A stretch of 64,000 bases of DNA, from contig JBDRMK010000017.1 of NCBI GenBank assembly GCA_043812155.1, positions 13,824 through 77,823 on the forward strand, given 5' to 3'. This document shows positions 9,911 through 18,991 of the stretch, one piece after another; positions within the stretch are counted from its first letter, which is position 1, and the number at the start of each line of letters is the position of its first letter. The position numbers were made by a program, and so were the translations under genes. The stretch is from Patescibacteria group bacterium. GTDB lineage: Bacteria > Patescibacteriota > Patescibacteriia > JAXHNJ01. Under the pieces are notes generated by a model. It was not told the origin of the DNA. It did not search any database and saw only the letters and a list, made by a program, of their open reading frames with translations.

Positions 9911-9955
9911 AGGTCGCGAATTTACCGCCACAAAAATATAATTAATATAAACCCT

Positions 9956-11275
9956 ATGAAAAAAACCAAGGTTCTTATCATGGGCGCGGCCGGACGCGAT
10001 TTCCATGATTTTAACACTTATTACCGGGATAACAAAAATTACGAGGTGGTCGCTTTTACCGCCACCCAGATTCCCAATATTGACGGCCGGCTATATCCGG
10101 CGGTTTTGGCAGGAAAACTCTACCCGGCCGGCATTCCTATCCATGCGGAAAACGAATTGACGGAACTAATAAAAAAGCATGACGTGGATGAAGTGTTGCT
10201 TTCTTATTCCGACCAGCCGCACAAGACCGTAATGAATAAGGCTTCCCAGGCCATGGCCGCGGGCGCCGATTTTCGGCTTCTGGGTCCGAAAAAAACCATG
10301 ATCAAGTCTAAGAAACCGATGATCGCCATCTGCGCCGTGCGCACCGGCTGCGGCAAATCCCAGACTTCCCGCAAAGTGGTGGAATATTACAAAAACAAAG
10401 GAGTTAAGGTAGTTGCCATCCGCCACCCTATGCCCTACGGCGACCTGGCCAAACAGGCGGTCCAGCGCTTTGCCACTTATGAAGATATGTATAAACACGA
10501 ATGCACGATTGAAGAACGGGAGGAATACGAGCCATACGTGGAAAAAGGCCTGGTTATCTACGCCGGCGTGGATTACGGCGCGATCTTAAAGGAAGCAGAA
10601 AAAGAAGCCGATGTCATCATCTGGGACGGCGGAAACAACGACACGCCTTTTTATAAACCCGACTTGCACATTACCGTGGCTGATCCGCACCGGGCCGGAA
10701 ATGAAGTCAGCTATTACCCCGGAGAAACAAATTTCCGCATGGCTGATGTCATTGTCATCAATAAAATAGACACGGCTGATCCCGCCAACGTGAAAATCAT
10801 TGAAGAAAATATCAAAAAATTCAATCCGAAAGCAACAGTCATTAAAGCCAATTCTTCTTTCACGGTTGATGACCCGAAAATCATTGAAGGCAAAAGGGTG
10901 TTGGTGGTGGAAGACGGCCCGACTCTGACGCATGGAGAAATGGCCTATGGCGCCGGTTACTTTGCCGCCAAAAAATTCAACGCCAAGGAATTGATTGATC
11001 CTCGGCCGTTTGCCGTCGGCTCCATTAAAAAGACTTTTGAAAAATTCAGCCATCTTTCGGAAATCCTGCCGGCCATGGGTTACAGCCCGGAACAGATGAA
11101 AGAACTGGAAGAAACCATTAACTCCAGTGACGCGGAAGGGGTAGTAGTGGGCACCCCGATTGACCTGGTTAAACTCCTGAAAATAAACAAACCGGCCACC
11201 CGAGTCAACTACTATCTGGATGAAATCGGCCAACCGGATATCAAAGAAATTTTGGATAAAGCCAATCTGATATAG
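9956..11275 (+). CDS. COG2403 P-loop NTPase (cyclic 2,3-diphosphoglycerate synthetase-like; probable arginine synthetase family)
   Basis: MGAAGRDFHDFN, AVRTGCGKS, RHPMPYG, WDGGNND and EDGPTLTHG motifs; start at MKKTK because the longer ORF overlaps the tRNA. Confidence 0.75.
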   Translation: MKKTKVLIMGAAGRDFHDFNTYYRDNKNYEVVAFTATQIPNIDGRLYPAVLAGKLYPAGIPIHAENELTELIKKHDVDEVLLSYSDQPHKTVMNKASQAMAAGADFRLLGPKKTMIKSKKPMIAICAVRTGCGKSQTSRKVVEYYKNKGVKVVAIRHPMPYGDLAKQAVQRFATYEDMYKHECTIEEREEYEPYVEKGLVIYAGVDYGAILKEAEKEADVIIWDGGNNDTPFYKPDLHITVADPHRAGNEVSYYPGETNFRMADVIVINKIDTADPANVKIIEENIKKFNPKATVIKANSSFTVDDPKIIEGKRVLVVEDGPTLTHGEMAYGAGYFAAKKFNAKELIDPRPFAVGSIKKTFEKFSHLSEILPAMGYSPEQMKELEETINSSDAEGVVVGTPIDLVKLLKINKPATRVNYYLDEIGQPDIKEILDKANLI

Positions 11276-11329
11276 TTGTTGAGTTGTTAAGAAGTTGGGA
11301 AGTTAAATAATTTTGTTAAATAAATTTCA

Positions 11330-11361
11330 AAAAACTGCCTGGAAAAATCCGGGCGGTTTTT
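11330..11361 (+). terminator. Intrinsic terminator
   Basis: AAAACTGCCTGG / CCGGGCGGTTTTT stem followed by a T tract. Confidence 0.6.
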
Positions 11362-11422
11362 GTTTACAAAAAAATCTCTGGCCACGCAGGTGACCAGAGA
11401 TAGACGACAGATCGATACTGGG

Positions 11423-11884
11423 TTATCTGATATAGCTTCTCAGATCCTGAAAGACTTCATTCTTTCTCTCGTTGGCCAACGCCTTAGCCATCACTAAGGG
11501 CAGAAAGCCGAGCTTGGCGGCAATCAAGAGAACAATGGCCTCGTTCTCCTCAGGAGTGAAACCTTTCACCACTAGGATGAAGCCTCTAGCCCTCAAGCCG
11601 CCAGCCGTCTCCCTTTCGGTCAAAACCACTTCCTTTTCCAAGTTATTGAACAAGAGAATTCCTTCCGTGTTCCACAGGCTCTTGATATCGGTAAACTCCC
11701 GTCCGTTGACCGAGCCGATGGGAAGGAGAAGTATGGCCGCTTCTTCCCGAGTCGATCCCTTTTCTTCGTTCGACGCGATAAGAAGATAACCTCTTGAGGA
11801 AAAACGGTGATCCAGGTGACCGGCCAAAAGGCAGGCGGTCTTGAGAATTTCTTCCACTCTCTCGGCAATGATAAAGGACTCCAT
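11423..11884 (-). CDS. Hypothetical protein
   Basis: ORF with AAGGAGG SD upstream of MESF. Confidence 0.6.
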   Translation of the reverse strand: MESFIIAERVEEILKTACLLAGHLDHRFSSRGYLLIASNEEKGSTREEAAILLLPIGSVNGREFTDIKSLWNTEGILLFNNLEKEVVLTERETAGGLRARGFILVVKGFTPEENEAIVLLIAAKLGFLPLVMAKALANERKNEVFQDLRSYIR

Positions 11885-12091
11885 TCGCTTCCCTCCTTGA
11901 AAAAAGACCAAAAACACTACTATCTATTATTCGTAGCTGAATCTTTACACAAAAACATAAGACTGTCAAGCCTTTATCTAAATTTTTTGGCCTTGACATT
12001 TCTCTTTTCTGATGCTACATTATTCTGACAAACTTTTTTGTTTGTTAATTGTTTTCCGGCTCTTTTCACCCTAACCTTTGAGGAGGTTTTA

Positions 12092-12769
12092 ATGATTCAA
12101 TCACCGCTGCCACCCGGCAAGGCTTTCGCCATCGTGAACGCGCAAGGCAAGCTGGCCGCTCCCGGCGAACGCAAACATGGCTATGTCTGTTTTGATAAAG
12201 GCGTCGCCCACTGCCTGCACTTGGCTACCGGCCAAGCTTTTCCTTTGTCTTCCTCTCAAGTGCGGAACATCTTCGCTCCGACCCGGCCCGCCGCGAGAAA
12301 AAAGACAGTCCCGCCAATCATCTTCTCTTCTCTTCCGGCAGCGACGGATAATCTCTGGTGCCCTCGTTGCCATGAGATTTGGCGCACTCTGCTGATCGAC
12401 ACAATGACGGACGAAGGAGTAAAAAAGGTCGGCCTCTGTACCCACTGCGAGGGTTTATTCCGGCCCTGGCAGCCGCCGGAACCCGCGGGAGAAACCTTCC
12501 GGATTTCCAGATTCGGGTCAAACGATGACCGCGAGATACCCTCTCCTCTCCTGAAGAAGCCGGCGCGAAAGAAAACCGCCAAGCCGAGAAAACCGAAAGT
12601 CATCGTTTTTTCCAAACTCGTCCGCGCGTTAAGCCATCAGCAAGAATGTTTCTACTGCAACCACGAAACCAATGACTGCCGGATGATGGATACGGATGAA
12701 GGCCGGAAAAGACTGGTCGTCTGCGAGGAATGCGGCGAGATCATGCGCCCCTTCGCCAAGAAGAACTGA
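12092..12769 (+). CDS. Hypothetical protein with two repeated Zn-ribbon modules
   Basis: GAGGAGG SD; CxxC...TDEG...CxxC...RP(W/F) occurs twice; terminator at about 12794-12822. Confidence 0.65.
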   Translation: MIQSPLPPGKAFAIVNAQGKLAAPGERKHGYVCFDKGVAHCLHLATGQAFPLSSSQVRNIFAPTRPAARKKTVPPIIFSSLPAATDNLWCPRCHEIWRTLLIDTMTDEGVKKVGLCTHCEGLFRPWQPPEPAGETFRISRFGSNDDREIPSPLLKKPARKKTAKPRKPKVIVFSKLVRALSHQQECFYCNHETNDCRMMDTDEGRKRLVVCEECGEIMRPFAKKN

Positions 12770-12904
12770 TCCTTCCCCAATATGTACTTTCACCCGCTCC
12801 CCTAAAAAAGGAGCGGTTTTTTATTGACAAACCGTAATATTGATAATAAACTATCCTCATCCAATATAAGGCTTTGATAACTTTACTCCGGCCGGAGGTG
12901 ATCC

Positions 12905-13150
12905 GTGAAAGGAAAAATCATTGTTATCAGCCAGGCTAAATTCAAGGCTTTAGGCTGTCCTCACTGCGGCGCCAAGCAAGGCTGCTTCTATCCTGACAAA
13001 GTCCACGATAACGTGGTAAAGAAGTGCTGTTGCGGCGTCTGCCTCAAGGAATTCTTCGTCTGCCTCAACGAAGCGCTTTCAAAAGTCATTCTCCCCGGCC
13101 GCAAAAGGCCGGTGTCCATCCAGCCCCATCCGCTGGCCAGACAAGCCTGA
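12905..13150 (+). CDS. Small Zn-ribbon hypothetical protein
   Basis: GGAGGTGA SD, GTG start, CPHC...CGVC; terminator at about 13178-13204. Confidence 0.6.
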   Translation: MKGKIIVISQAKFKALGCPHCGAKQGCFYPDKVHDNVVKKCCCGVCLKEFFVCLNEALSKVILPGRKRPVSIQPHPLARQA

Positions 13151-13206
13151 AATGTTCTTTATCGCTTTCATTCAACGGCCGCCTTCATCGCGAAGGCGGT
13201 TTTTAT

Positions 13207-13235
13207 TTGACTACATTCTAAAAGAATATTATAAT
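13207..13235 (+). promoter_or_regulatory. Sigma70-type promoter
   Basis: TTGACT-N17-TATAAT. Confidence 0.7.
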
Positions 13236-13278
13236 TACATTGAAATCAATAGAATTAATTATTAAAAAGGACAAACAT

Positions 13279-13314
13279 ATGATTAAACCTCCCTGCGGCG
13301 GATGCGGCTGCTAA
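13279..13314 (+). CDS. Putative 11-aa Cys-rich micropeptide MIKPPCGGCGC
   Basis: AAAGGA SD, dedicated promoter upstream and terminator-like hairpin downstream (about 13334-13370). Confidence 0.5.
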   Translation: MIKPPCGGCGC

Positions 13315-13374
13315 AGCCACCGCTGATAATGACAAAGGTCATCTGAAATTTATCAGGTGACTTTTGTTTTTGCT

Positions 13375-13403
13375 TTGACTTTCCGCTGAATTTTGCCTAT
13401 AAT
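13375..13403 (+). promoter_or_regulatory. Sigma70-type promoter of the ABC transporter genes
   Basis: TTGACT-N17-TATAAT, ending 12 nt before the ATG. Confidence 0.65.
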
Positions 13404-13415
13404 ATAATATATTCT

Positions 13416-14087
13416 ATGACTAATCCCATTATTAAAGTCGTCAATCTCTTCAAAACCTACAAATTAGGGGAAGTATATGTTCAGGCTTTAAACGGCGTCT
13501 CCTTGGAAATAAACAAAGGGGATTTTTTGATAATCACCGGCCGCAACGGCTCAGGAAAATCCACTCTTATGCGGCAGCTGGCTTTGGTTGACCGGCCGAA
13601 TTCTGGCGAAATTTTGATTAAAGGCCGGGAAGTCGCAAAAATGTCTTCCCGAGAAAGACGGGAAATGCGGCTGACCCGCCTGGGCTATATTTTCCAGGAA
13701 TACGCCCTGATCGCCGAATTATCCGCTTTGGAAAATGTGATGATTCCGGCCATGATGCTTAAAAGCGCCAAGGCGTGCCGCGGCCGGGCCAAGGAACTCC
13801 TTTCAAAAGTCGGCCTGGAAGACAAAATAAACAATCTCCCCTCCCAGCTTTCCGGCGGGGAACAGCAAAAAGTCGCCATTGCCCGCTCTCTGATCAACGA
13901 CCCGGAAGTGATTTTTGCCGATGAGCCGACCGCCAATCTTGACTCTTCGGCCGCCCAGGACGTGCTGGCGATCTTCAAGCAGCTGAACGAAAAAGACAAG
14001 CACACGATCATTATGATCACCCATGAAAAAGAAGAAGAAATTTTTGCCAACCGGATAATTAGACTTTCTGACGGAAAAATAATATGA
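13416..14087 (+). CDS. ABC transporter ATP-binding protein (LolD/MacB-like)
   Basis: GRNGSGKST, LSGGEQQ and FADEPT motifs. Confidence 0.93.
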   Translation: MTNPIIKVVNLFKTYKLGEVYVQALNGVSLEINKGDFLIITGRNGSGKSTLMRQLALVDRPNSGEILIKGREVAKMSSRERREMRLTRLGYIFQEYALIAELSALENVMIPAMMLKSAKACRGRAKELLSKVGLEDKINNLPSQLSGGEQQKVAIARSLINDPEVIFADEPTANLDSSAAQDVLAIFKQLNEKDKHTIIMITHEKEEEIFANRIIRLSDGKII

Positions 14088-15289
14088 CCAAATACGAAGC
14101 CCGAATCCCCTTTTTCCTGATGTGGAAATATTTAAAAAGAGGCAATAAATGGACCTTGTTTCTGATCATCTTTTTAATGGCTATCGCCTTTATCAATCTT
14201 GTTTTTATCACTTCACTATTTAACGGCATTATAAGATCATCCGAAGACCAGATAATTAATACCTACACCGGCCACATCATGATCACTCCGAAAGCCGGCC
14301 AAGATTTCATCAATAACGCCTCGGCCATAACAGAAAAAATATTGAAGACAGAAAATGTTACCGGCGTCAGCAGCCAGACTTATGTTTCCGGAAGCTTAGA
14401 ATACAATAAAATAAAAGGCAGCTGGCCGATTTTAGCGATTGATCCAACGCAAGAAAAAACCGTGACCAATGTGGCCGAGAAAATGACCAGCGGAGAATAC
14501 TTGGACGCCAATGACACGGACAAGATAATCATCGGCCGGCAAATCGCCGGCGGCCAAGATGTAGAAATGGATGCCTTTTCTTTTAAAGACGCAAAAGTCG
14601 GGGATAAAGTAAAACTTAATCTTGGCCAAGAAACCCGCGAATTAACCGTTAAGGGCATTTTTTACACCAAATTCATTGACACTGACCAAAGAGCTTTTAT
14701 CACGGAAAAAGCCTGGCAGGAAATTAATCCGGCGGCCGGTGACACAGCCACTTCCATTATCGTCCGTCTGGCTAAAAGGGACGGCGAACAGGCGATTGCC
14801 AGAATGAAAGCCGCCGGCATTAACGAAACTTTTGTCACCTGGGAGGATGTTTCCGGCTTGATGGACACGGTCACCTCAAGTTTCTTAAGCATTAACGTCC
14901 TGCTGACTTTTGTCGGCACTTTGATCGCGGCGACCACCATTTTTATCGTCATTTATATTGATATCAACAATAAAAAACGGCAGATCGGCATTTTGCGGGC
15001 CATCGGCATCAAGCCCTATTTGATCCGGACCGCTTACGTCATCCAAACCTCCATTTACTCGGTTTCCGGGGTGCTGCTGGGATCAGCCATATTTTTTGGG
15101 ATTCTAGTCCCCTATTTCAATCATTTCCCTTTTGTCCTGCCCATCGGCGACGCGACATTAGTCGTCAATCCGGCCGATTTTATCATCCGCCTGGAAACCA
15201 TATTGTGGGTGGCGATCGCCGCCTGCCTTATCCCGGCTTTCATGGTCACACGGATAAAAATCCTGGACGCCATCTGGGGCCGGAATTAA
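14084..15289 (+). CDS. ABC transporter permease (MacB/FtsX family)
   Basis: One N-terminal TM, large extracytoplasmic domain, KRQIGILRAIG, three C-terminal TMs. Confidence 0.88.
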   Translation: MTKYEARIPFFLMWKYLKRGNKWTLFLIIFLMAIAFINLVFITSLFNGIIRSSEDQIINTYTGHIMITPKAGQDFINNASAITEKILKTENVTGVSSQTYVSGSLEYNKIKGSWPILAIDPTQEKTVTNVAEKMTSGEYLDANDTDKIIIGRQIAGGQDVEMDAFSFKDAKVGDKVKLNLGQETRELTVKGIFYTKFIDTDQRAFITEKAWQEINPAAGDTATSIIVRLAKRDGEQAIARMKAAGINETFVTWEDVSGLMDTVTSSFLSINVLLTFVGTLIAATTIFIVIYIDINNKKRQIGILRAIGIKPYLIRTAYVIQTSIYSVSGVLLGSAIFFGILVPYFNHFPFVLPIGDATLVVNPADFIIRLETILWVAIAACLIPAFMVTRIKILDAIWGRN

Positions 15290-15316
15290 TAAAAAAATTC
15301 TTATCTCTTTAAGAAA

Positions 15317-15910
15317 ATGGTAAAAGCGATAATTTTTGATCTAAACGGGGTCTTTATTAAAAGCCCTGTTTTAAGCGAGAGATTTGCCAAAGATTTTCGC
15401 ATTAAAAACCTCGTATTTTTGCCGGCTTTAAAAAAAATATTGAATAAAGTCAGACTACCGAAAGCCGGGCCGGCTTATGAATACTGGCGGCCTTATTTTA
15501 AAAAATGGAAAGTTGATTTAACCCGGGATGAATTTTATAAATACTGGTTTGGGGCGGAAAAACCTGTTTCGGAAATGATCAGCCTGGCGGAAAAACTTAA
15601 ACAAAAAGGATTAAAAATATATATCCTTTCCAATAATTTTCGGGAAAGATCAAATTATTATGGGGAGAATTTCCCTTTTTTAAAAATTTTCAATAAAGTT
15701 TATTATTCCTGGCAGACCGGTTTTCGCAAGCCGGAAAAAGAAGCCTATCTAGACCTTTTGCGAAAAAATAATTTAAAACCGGAAGAATGCCTTTTCTTTG
15801 ATAATTCTCCTAAAAATGTCAAAACGTCAAAATCGCTCGGCATCATAAGCTACATTTTTAAAAACAAAAAACAGGTAGAAAATATTTCAGGCCTTCATGT
15901 AAAAAAATAA
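15317..15910 (+). CDS. HAD-superfamily hydrolase
   Basis: IFDLNGV, ILSN, KPE and FFDNS motifs. Confidence 0.85.
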   Translation: MVKAIIFDLNGVFIKSPVLSERFAKDFRIKNLVFLPALKKILNKVRLPKAGPAYEYWRPYFKKWKVDLTRDEFYKYWFGAEKPVSEMISLAEKLKQKGLKIYILSNNFRERSNYYGENFPFLKIFNKVYYSWQTGFRKPEKEAYLDLLRKNNLKPEECLFFDNSPKNVKTSKSLGIISYIFKNKKQVENISGLHVKK

Positions 15911-15927
15911 AGGGGGGAAATAATCTC

Positions 15928-16326
15928 CTAAGTCTCACGACGCCCTGGCAATATTTTCAGTTTCTCGTTTATCTTTGCGAGCAAATCAGGGATTTTATTA
16001 TTTATTTTGGAAATAATTTCATATTTTCCGCCCACCAACTCTTCGATCCCCGGATACTCGGGAAAATTCGTCAAAATTAATATCGGAACATTACGCCCCC
16101 ATTCGTCATTTTCAAGGATTTTAATCACTTCGTAGCCGTGCATTCCCGGCATAATCATGTCCATCATAATTAGATCGGGATGTTCGACTAAAGAGATCTC
16201 TAGGGCTTCATGACCTGTTTTGGCTTGCAGTACCTGAAAATTTTCCCTTGTCAGAAACTTATAAAATAAGTTTCTGATCAACTCTTCGTCATCAACAATA
16301 AGTATTTTTTTCTTTTTTTCGATCAT
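15928..16326 (-). CDS. Single-domain response regulator receiver
   Basis: ILIVDDE, PDLIMMDMIMPGMHG and ILILT motifs. Confidence 0.88.
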   Translation of the reverse strand: MIEKKKKILIVDDEELIRNLFYKFLTRENFQVLQAKTGHEALEISLVEHPDLIMMDMIMPGMHGYEVIKILENDEWGRNVPILILTNFPEYPGIEELVGGKYEIISKINNKIPDLLAKINEKLKILPGRRET

Positions 16327-16463
16327 TTTTTAAAAAGATATGTAACTATATTAGCATAAATCAGGATATTCGGCAAATTTCTGGTTTTACTGAATAATTT
16401 TTATATAAAGATTTATAAATTTAATTATTGTCTTGATGCGGCAAGAAGAGTAATATTATCCAT

Positions 16464-17579
16464 ATGCAAGGAATCCACGGCATTTATAAACAACAAGGGC
16501 CGACTTCCCACGACATTATCAAAGAATTAAGGAAAATCACGGGAATTAAAACGATCGGCCACGCCGGCACTTTGGATCCGCAAGCCTCCGGTGTCTTGGT
16601 CGTCGGCATCGGCCATTGGGCGACGGCCAAACTTGTGCAAGAAGTAAAAAAAGAAAAGGAATATCTGGCGAAAATCAAGCTTGGAGAAACAAGCACGACT
16701 GATGACCGCGCCGGAATGATAAAAAAAGCGGAAAATATCGAAATTCCCTCACTAACAGAGATTAGGAAAGCGTTAATAAATTTTAAAGGAAATATAAAGC
16801 AAATCCCTCCTGATTTTTGCGCTTTAAATATAAAAGGACGCAAAGCATATAAAATCGCGAGGCAGGGCCATAAGCCAGAATTAAAATTCCGCGTAGTTAA
16901 CATTAAATCAATAAGAATAATCTATTACGCCTGGCCGTATCTTGAAATAAAAGTAATCACCGGACCGGGCGTCTATATCCGCTCTCTCGCCCGAGATTTA
17001 GGCCGTAAATTAAAAACCGGCGGATATCTTTTTTCTTTGGAAAGAACACGAGTCGGAGATTTCACTAAAGAAAAATCATTGACTCTGAAAGAATTTAATG
17101 AAAAACGTAAAAAAAATATTAAAGTCATGTCCCTATGCTTTGTCAGGCAGGACAAAAAGATATTGCTGGGCTTGAAAAAACGAGGCTTTGGGATTAATCG
17201 GTGGAACGGCTTTGGCGGAAAAGTAAACAAGGGCGAAAAAATAGAAGAATCCGCGGCCAGAGAAACAAACGAAGAAGCCGGTATTATACCGACTAAGATA
17301 CAAAAAAAAGGGACGCTGATTTTTGAATTTCAGGACAGCCCGTCAATTATTGAAGTCCATGTATTTGAAATTCTAAAATATAACGGCAAAATCAAAGAAA
17401 GTGAAGAAATGAAACCTCTATGGTTTGATCTTTCTAAAATACCTTATGAAAATATGTGGCCGGATGACAGGTTTTGGCTGCCTTTATTCTTGAAAGGCAG
17501 AAAATTCAAAGGGGAATTCTATTTCAAAGATATCGATACTTTGCTTTACCACAGTTTAAGAGAAGTAAAATACATTTGA
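16464..17579 (+). CDS. truB: tRNA pseudouridine(55) synthase TruB fused to an MTH1-like Nudix hydrolase
   Basis: GHAGTLDPQASGVL and GVYIRSLARD motifs; C-terminal WNGFGGK...AARETNEEAG Nudix box and MWPDD. Confidence 0.88.
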   Translation: MQGIHGIYKQQGPTSHDIIKELRKITGIKTIGHAGTLDPQASGVLVVGIGHWATAKLVQEVKKEKEYLAKIKLGETSTTDDRAGMIKKAENIEIPSLTEIRKALINFKGNIKQIPPDFCALNIKGRKAYKIARQGHKPELKFRVVNIKSIRIIYYAWPYLEIKVITGPGVYIRSLARDLGRKLKTGGYLFSLERTRVGDFTKEKSLTLKEFNEKRKKNIKVMSLCFVRQDKKILLGLKKRGFGINRWNGFGGKVNKGEKIEESAARETNEEAGIIPTKIQKKGTLIFEFQDSPSIIEVHVFEILKYNGKIKESEEMKPLWFDLSKIPYENMWPDDRFWLPLFLKGRKFKGEFYFKDIDTLLYHSLREVKYI

Positions 17580-17580
17580 T

Positions 17581-17913
17581 ATGCGAATTTGGGACTTGCC
17601 GTTAAAATGTCTCTGCCGCCAGCATTTACTCGCCGAACATCGCGAACTCCACGCCATCTGGAGTATTTTAACCGGGAATAAAAAAGGTTACGCGCACCAT
17701 CCGGAAACCTTGCGCTGGAAAGGCAAGCTAAAGGCTTTATACAAAAGACATGAGTCTGAAGTGGCTGAATTTAAAAGAAGGAATTACCAACATCGTACGT
17801 CTTTAAACAAAAAAATGGCGAAAGGCCGGGGTAAACAAACCGTCTTCTTGGCCAGTAAAAAAGAACAAACCATTATATTAAAAAATAAGAATTGTCCCTG
17901 CCTGAATAAATAA
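17581..17913 (+). CDS. Pyrimidine dimer DNA glycosylase / T4 endonuclease V-like protein
   Basis: MRIW...LCRQHLLAEHRELH...HHPETLRW pattern. Confidence 0.75.
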   Translation: MRIWDLPLKCLCRQHLLAEHRELHAIWSILTGNKKGYAHHPETLRWKGKLKALYKRHESEVAEFKRRNYQHRTSLNKKMAKGRGKQTVFLASKKEQTIILKNKNCPCLNK

Positions 17914-17914
17914 T

Positions 17915-17945
17915 AAAACCCCGTTTATCAATAAAACGGGGTTTT
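17915..17945. terminator. Bidirectional intrinsic terminator
   Basis: AAAACCCCGTTT / AAACGGGGTTTT between convergent genes. Confidence 0.65.
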
Positions 17946-18007
17946 CCGCAAAAAGCGCGAAATAAAGAGCTAAATCGGTTATTTGTTTGACCTTTTTAAC
18001 ACCTGGC

Positions 18008-18178
18008 CTAAACCGGCAGATCAGCCAAACGGCTTTTTTTGATTTCAACCGGCAAGCCGAACGCCGCCGGGTGACAGTAGGGACAGTCTATAACCGCTTT
18101 TTTACCCTCCACCGAGTCGGTCACTAGTCTCATCCTCATAGGACAGCCGCAAACCGGGCATTTCTCCTGATCCGACAT
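18008..18178 (-). CDS. Small Zn-ribbon hypothetical protein (56 aa)
   Basis: Hand translation MSDQEKCPVCGCPMRMR...DCPYCHP; AAGGAG SD; absent from the ORF track. Confidence 0.6.
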   Translation of the reverse strand: MSDQEKCPVCGCPMRMRLVTDSVEGKKAVIDCPYCHPAAFGLPVEIKKSRLADLPV

Positions 18179-18395
18179 TTTCTTTCTCCTTTAATAAAGG
18201 TTTTAAAGGGCGTAACTAATTTAAAAAACCGGCCCTGATATTAGGGCTCGGAATAATTTTGATATTTTTTACATCAAAACTATGCCGAACCGGGCCGGAT
18301 AATAATAATATTTACTGTAATTGTTTTTTGGCGCTGTTTATTCATTATTTTGTTCATAGCCTGATGATATCATAATCCCCTAAAATTTGTCAAAA

Positions 18396-18989
18396 TTATT
18401 CGAACATCACCTGTTCATCAGAACGTTTGTAATCATTTATCTCCGGCTTTCTGAACCAGAGCTCTTCCTCGTATTTCGCTTCCTCCGCGTTGCCGGAAGC
18501 ATGGACAAGATTTTTCACGGCACGTTTGCGAGAATTAGCCAAAGCCGGCGAATCAACGGAAAAATCGCCGCGGATAGTGCCGGGGCTGGCAAAAGTCGGC
18601 AGGGTATTGCCGGCCATCATCCGGACATTATCAATGGCGTGCAAACCAGTAAGCAATATCGCCACCACCGGTCCGGAAGTCAAAAAATCCATATTCCAAT
18701 TATTGACCATTTTGCCGATCTCTAAAGGATCCATGGTGCCCAAACTTTCATTCGGATCCATGCCGTATTTCTTGTAGGTCTCCAAGGTCTTTTCCCCCAT
18801 TCCTTTCAATAACGCGGTACGAGAATTGGGGTAATGTTTGCCCGCTAAGTCTCGGTCCACCCAGACCATTTTAAGAGCGATAATTTTTAAGCCCGCTTTT
18901 TCAAAACGCGAGATGATCTCGCCGATCAAGCCCCGCATGACCCCGTCAGGCTTGATCAAAACCACGGTTTTTTCCACTAATTCTTTCAT
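18396..18989 (-). CDS. ndk: Nucleoside diphosphate kinase
   Basis: LIKPDGV, PGTIRGDF and NLVHAS motifs. Confidence 0.95.
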   Translation of the reverse strand: MKELVEKTVVLIKPDGVMRGLIGEIISRFEKAGLKIIALKMVWVDRDLAGKHYPNSRTALLKGMGEKTLETYKKYGMDPNESLGTMDPLEIGKMVNNWNMDFLTSGPVVAILLTGLHAIDNVRMMAGNTLPTFASPGTIRGDFSVDSPALANSRKRAVKNLVHASGNAEEAKYEEELWFRKPEINDYKRSDEQVMFE

Positions 18990-18991
18990 AT

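Noticed and set aside
9803-9955. N-terminal extension of the 490-aa ORF
   Set aside because: It overlaps tRNA-Pro and hairpin H3; the family motif starts at MKKTK (9956).
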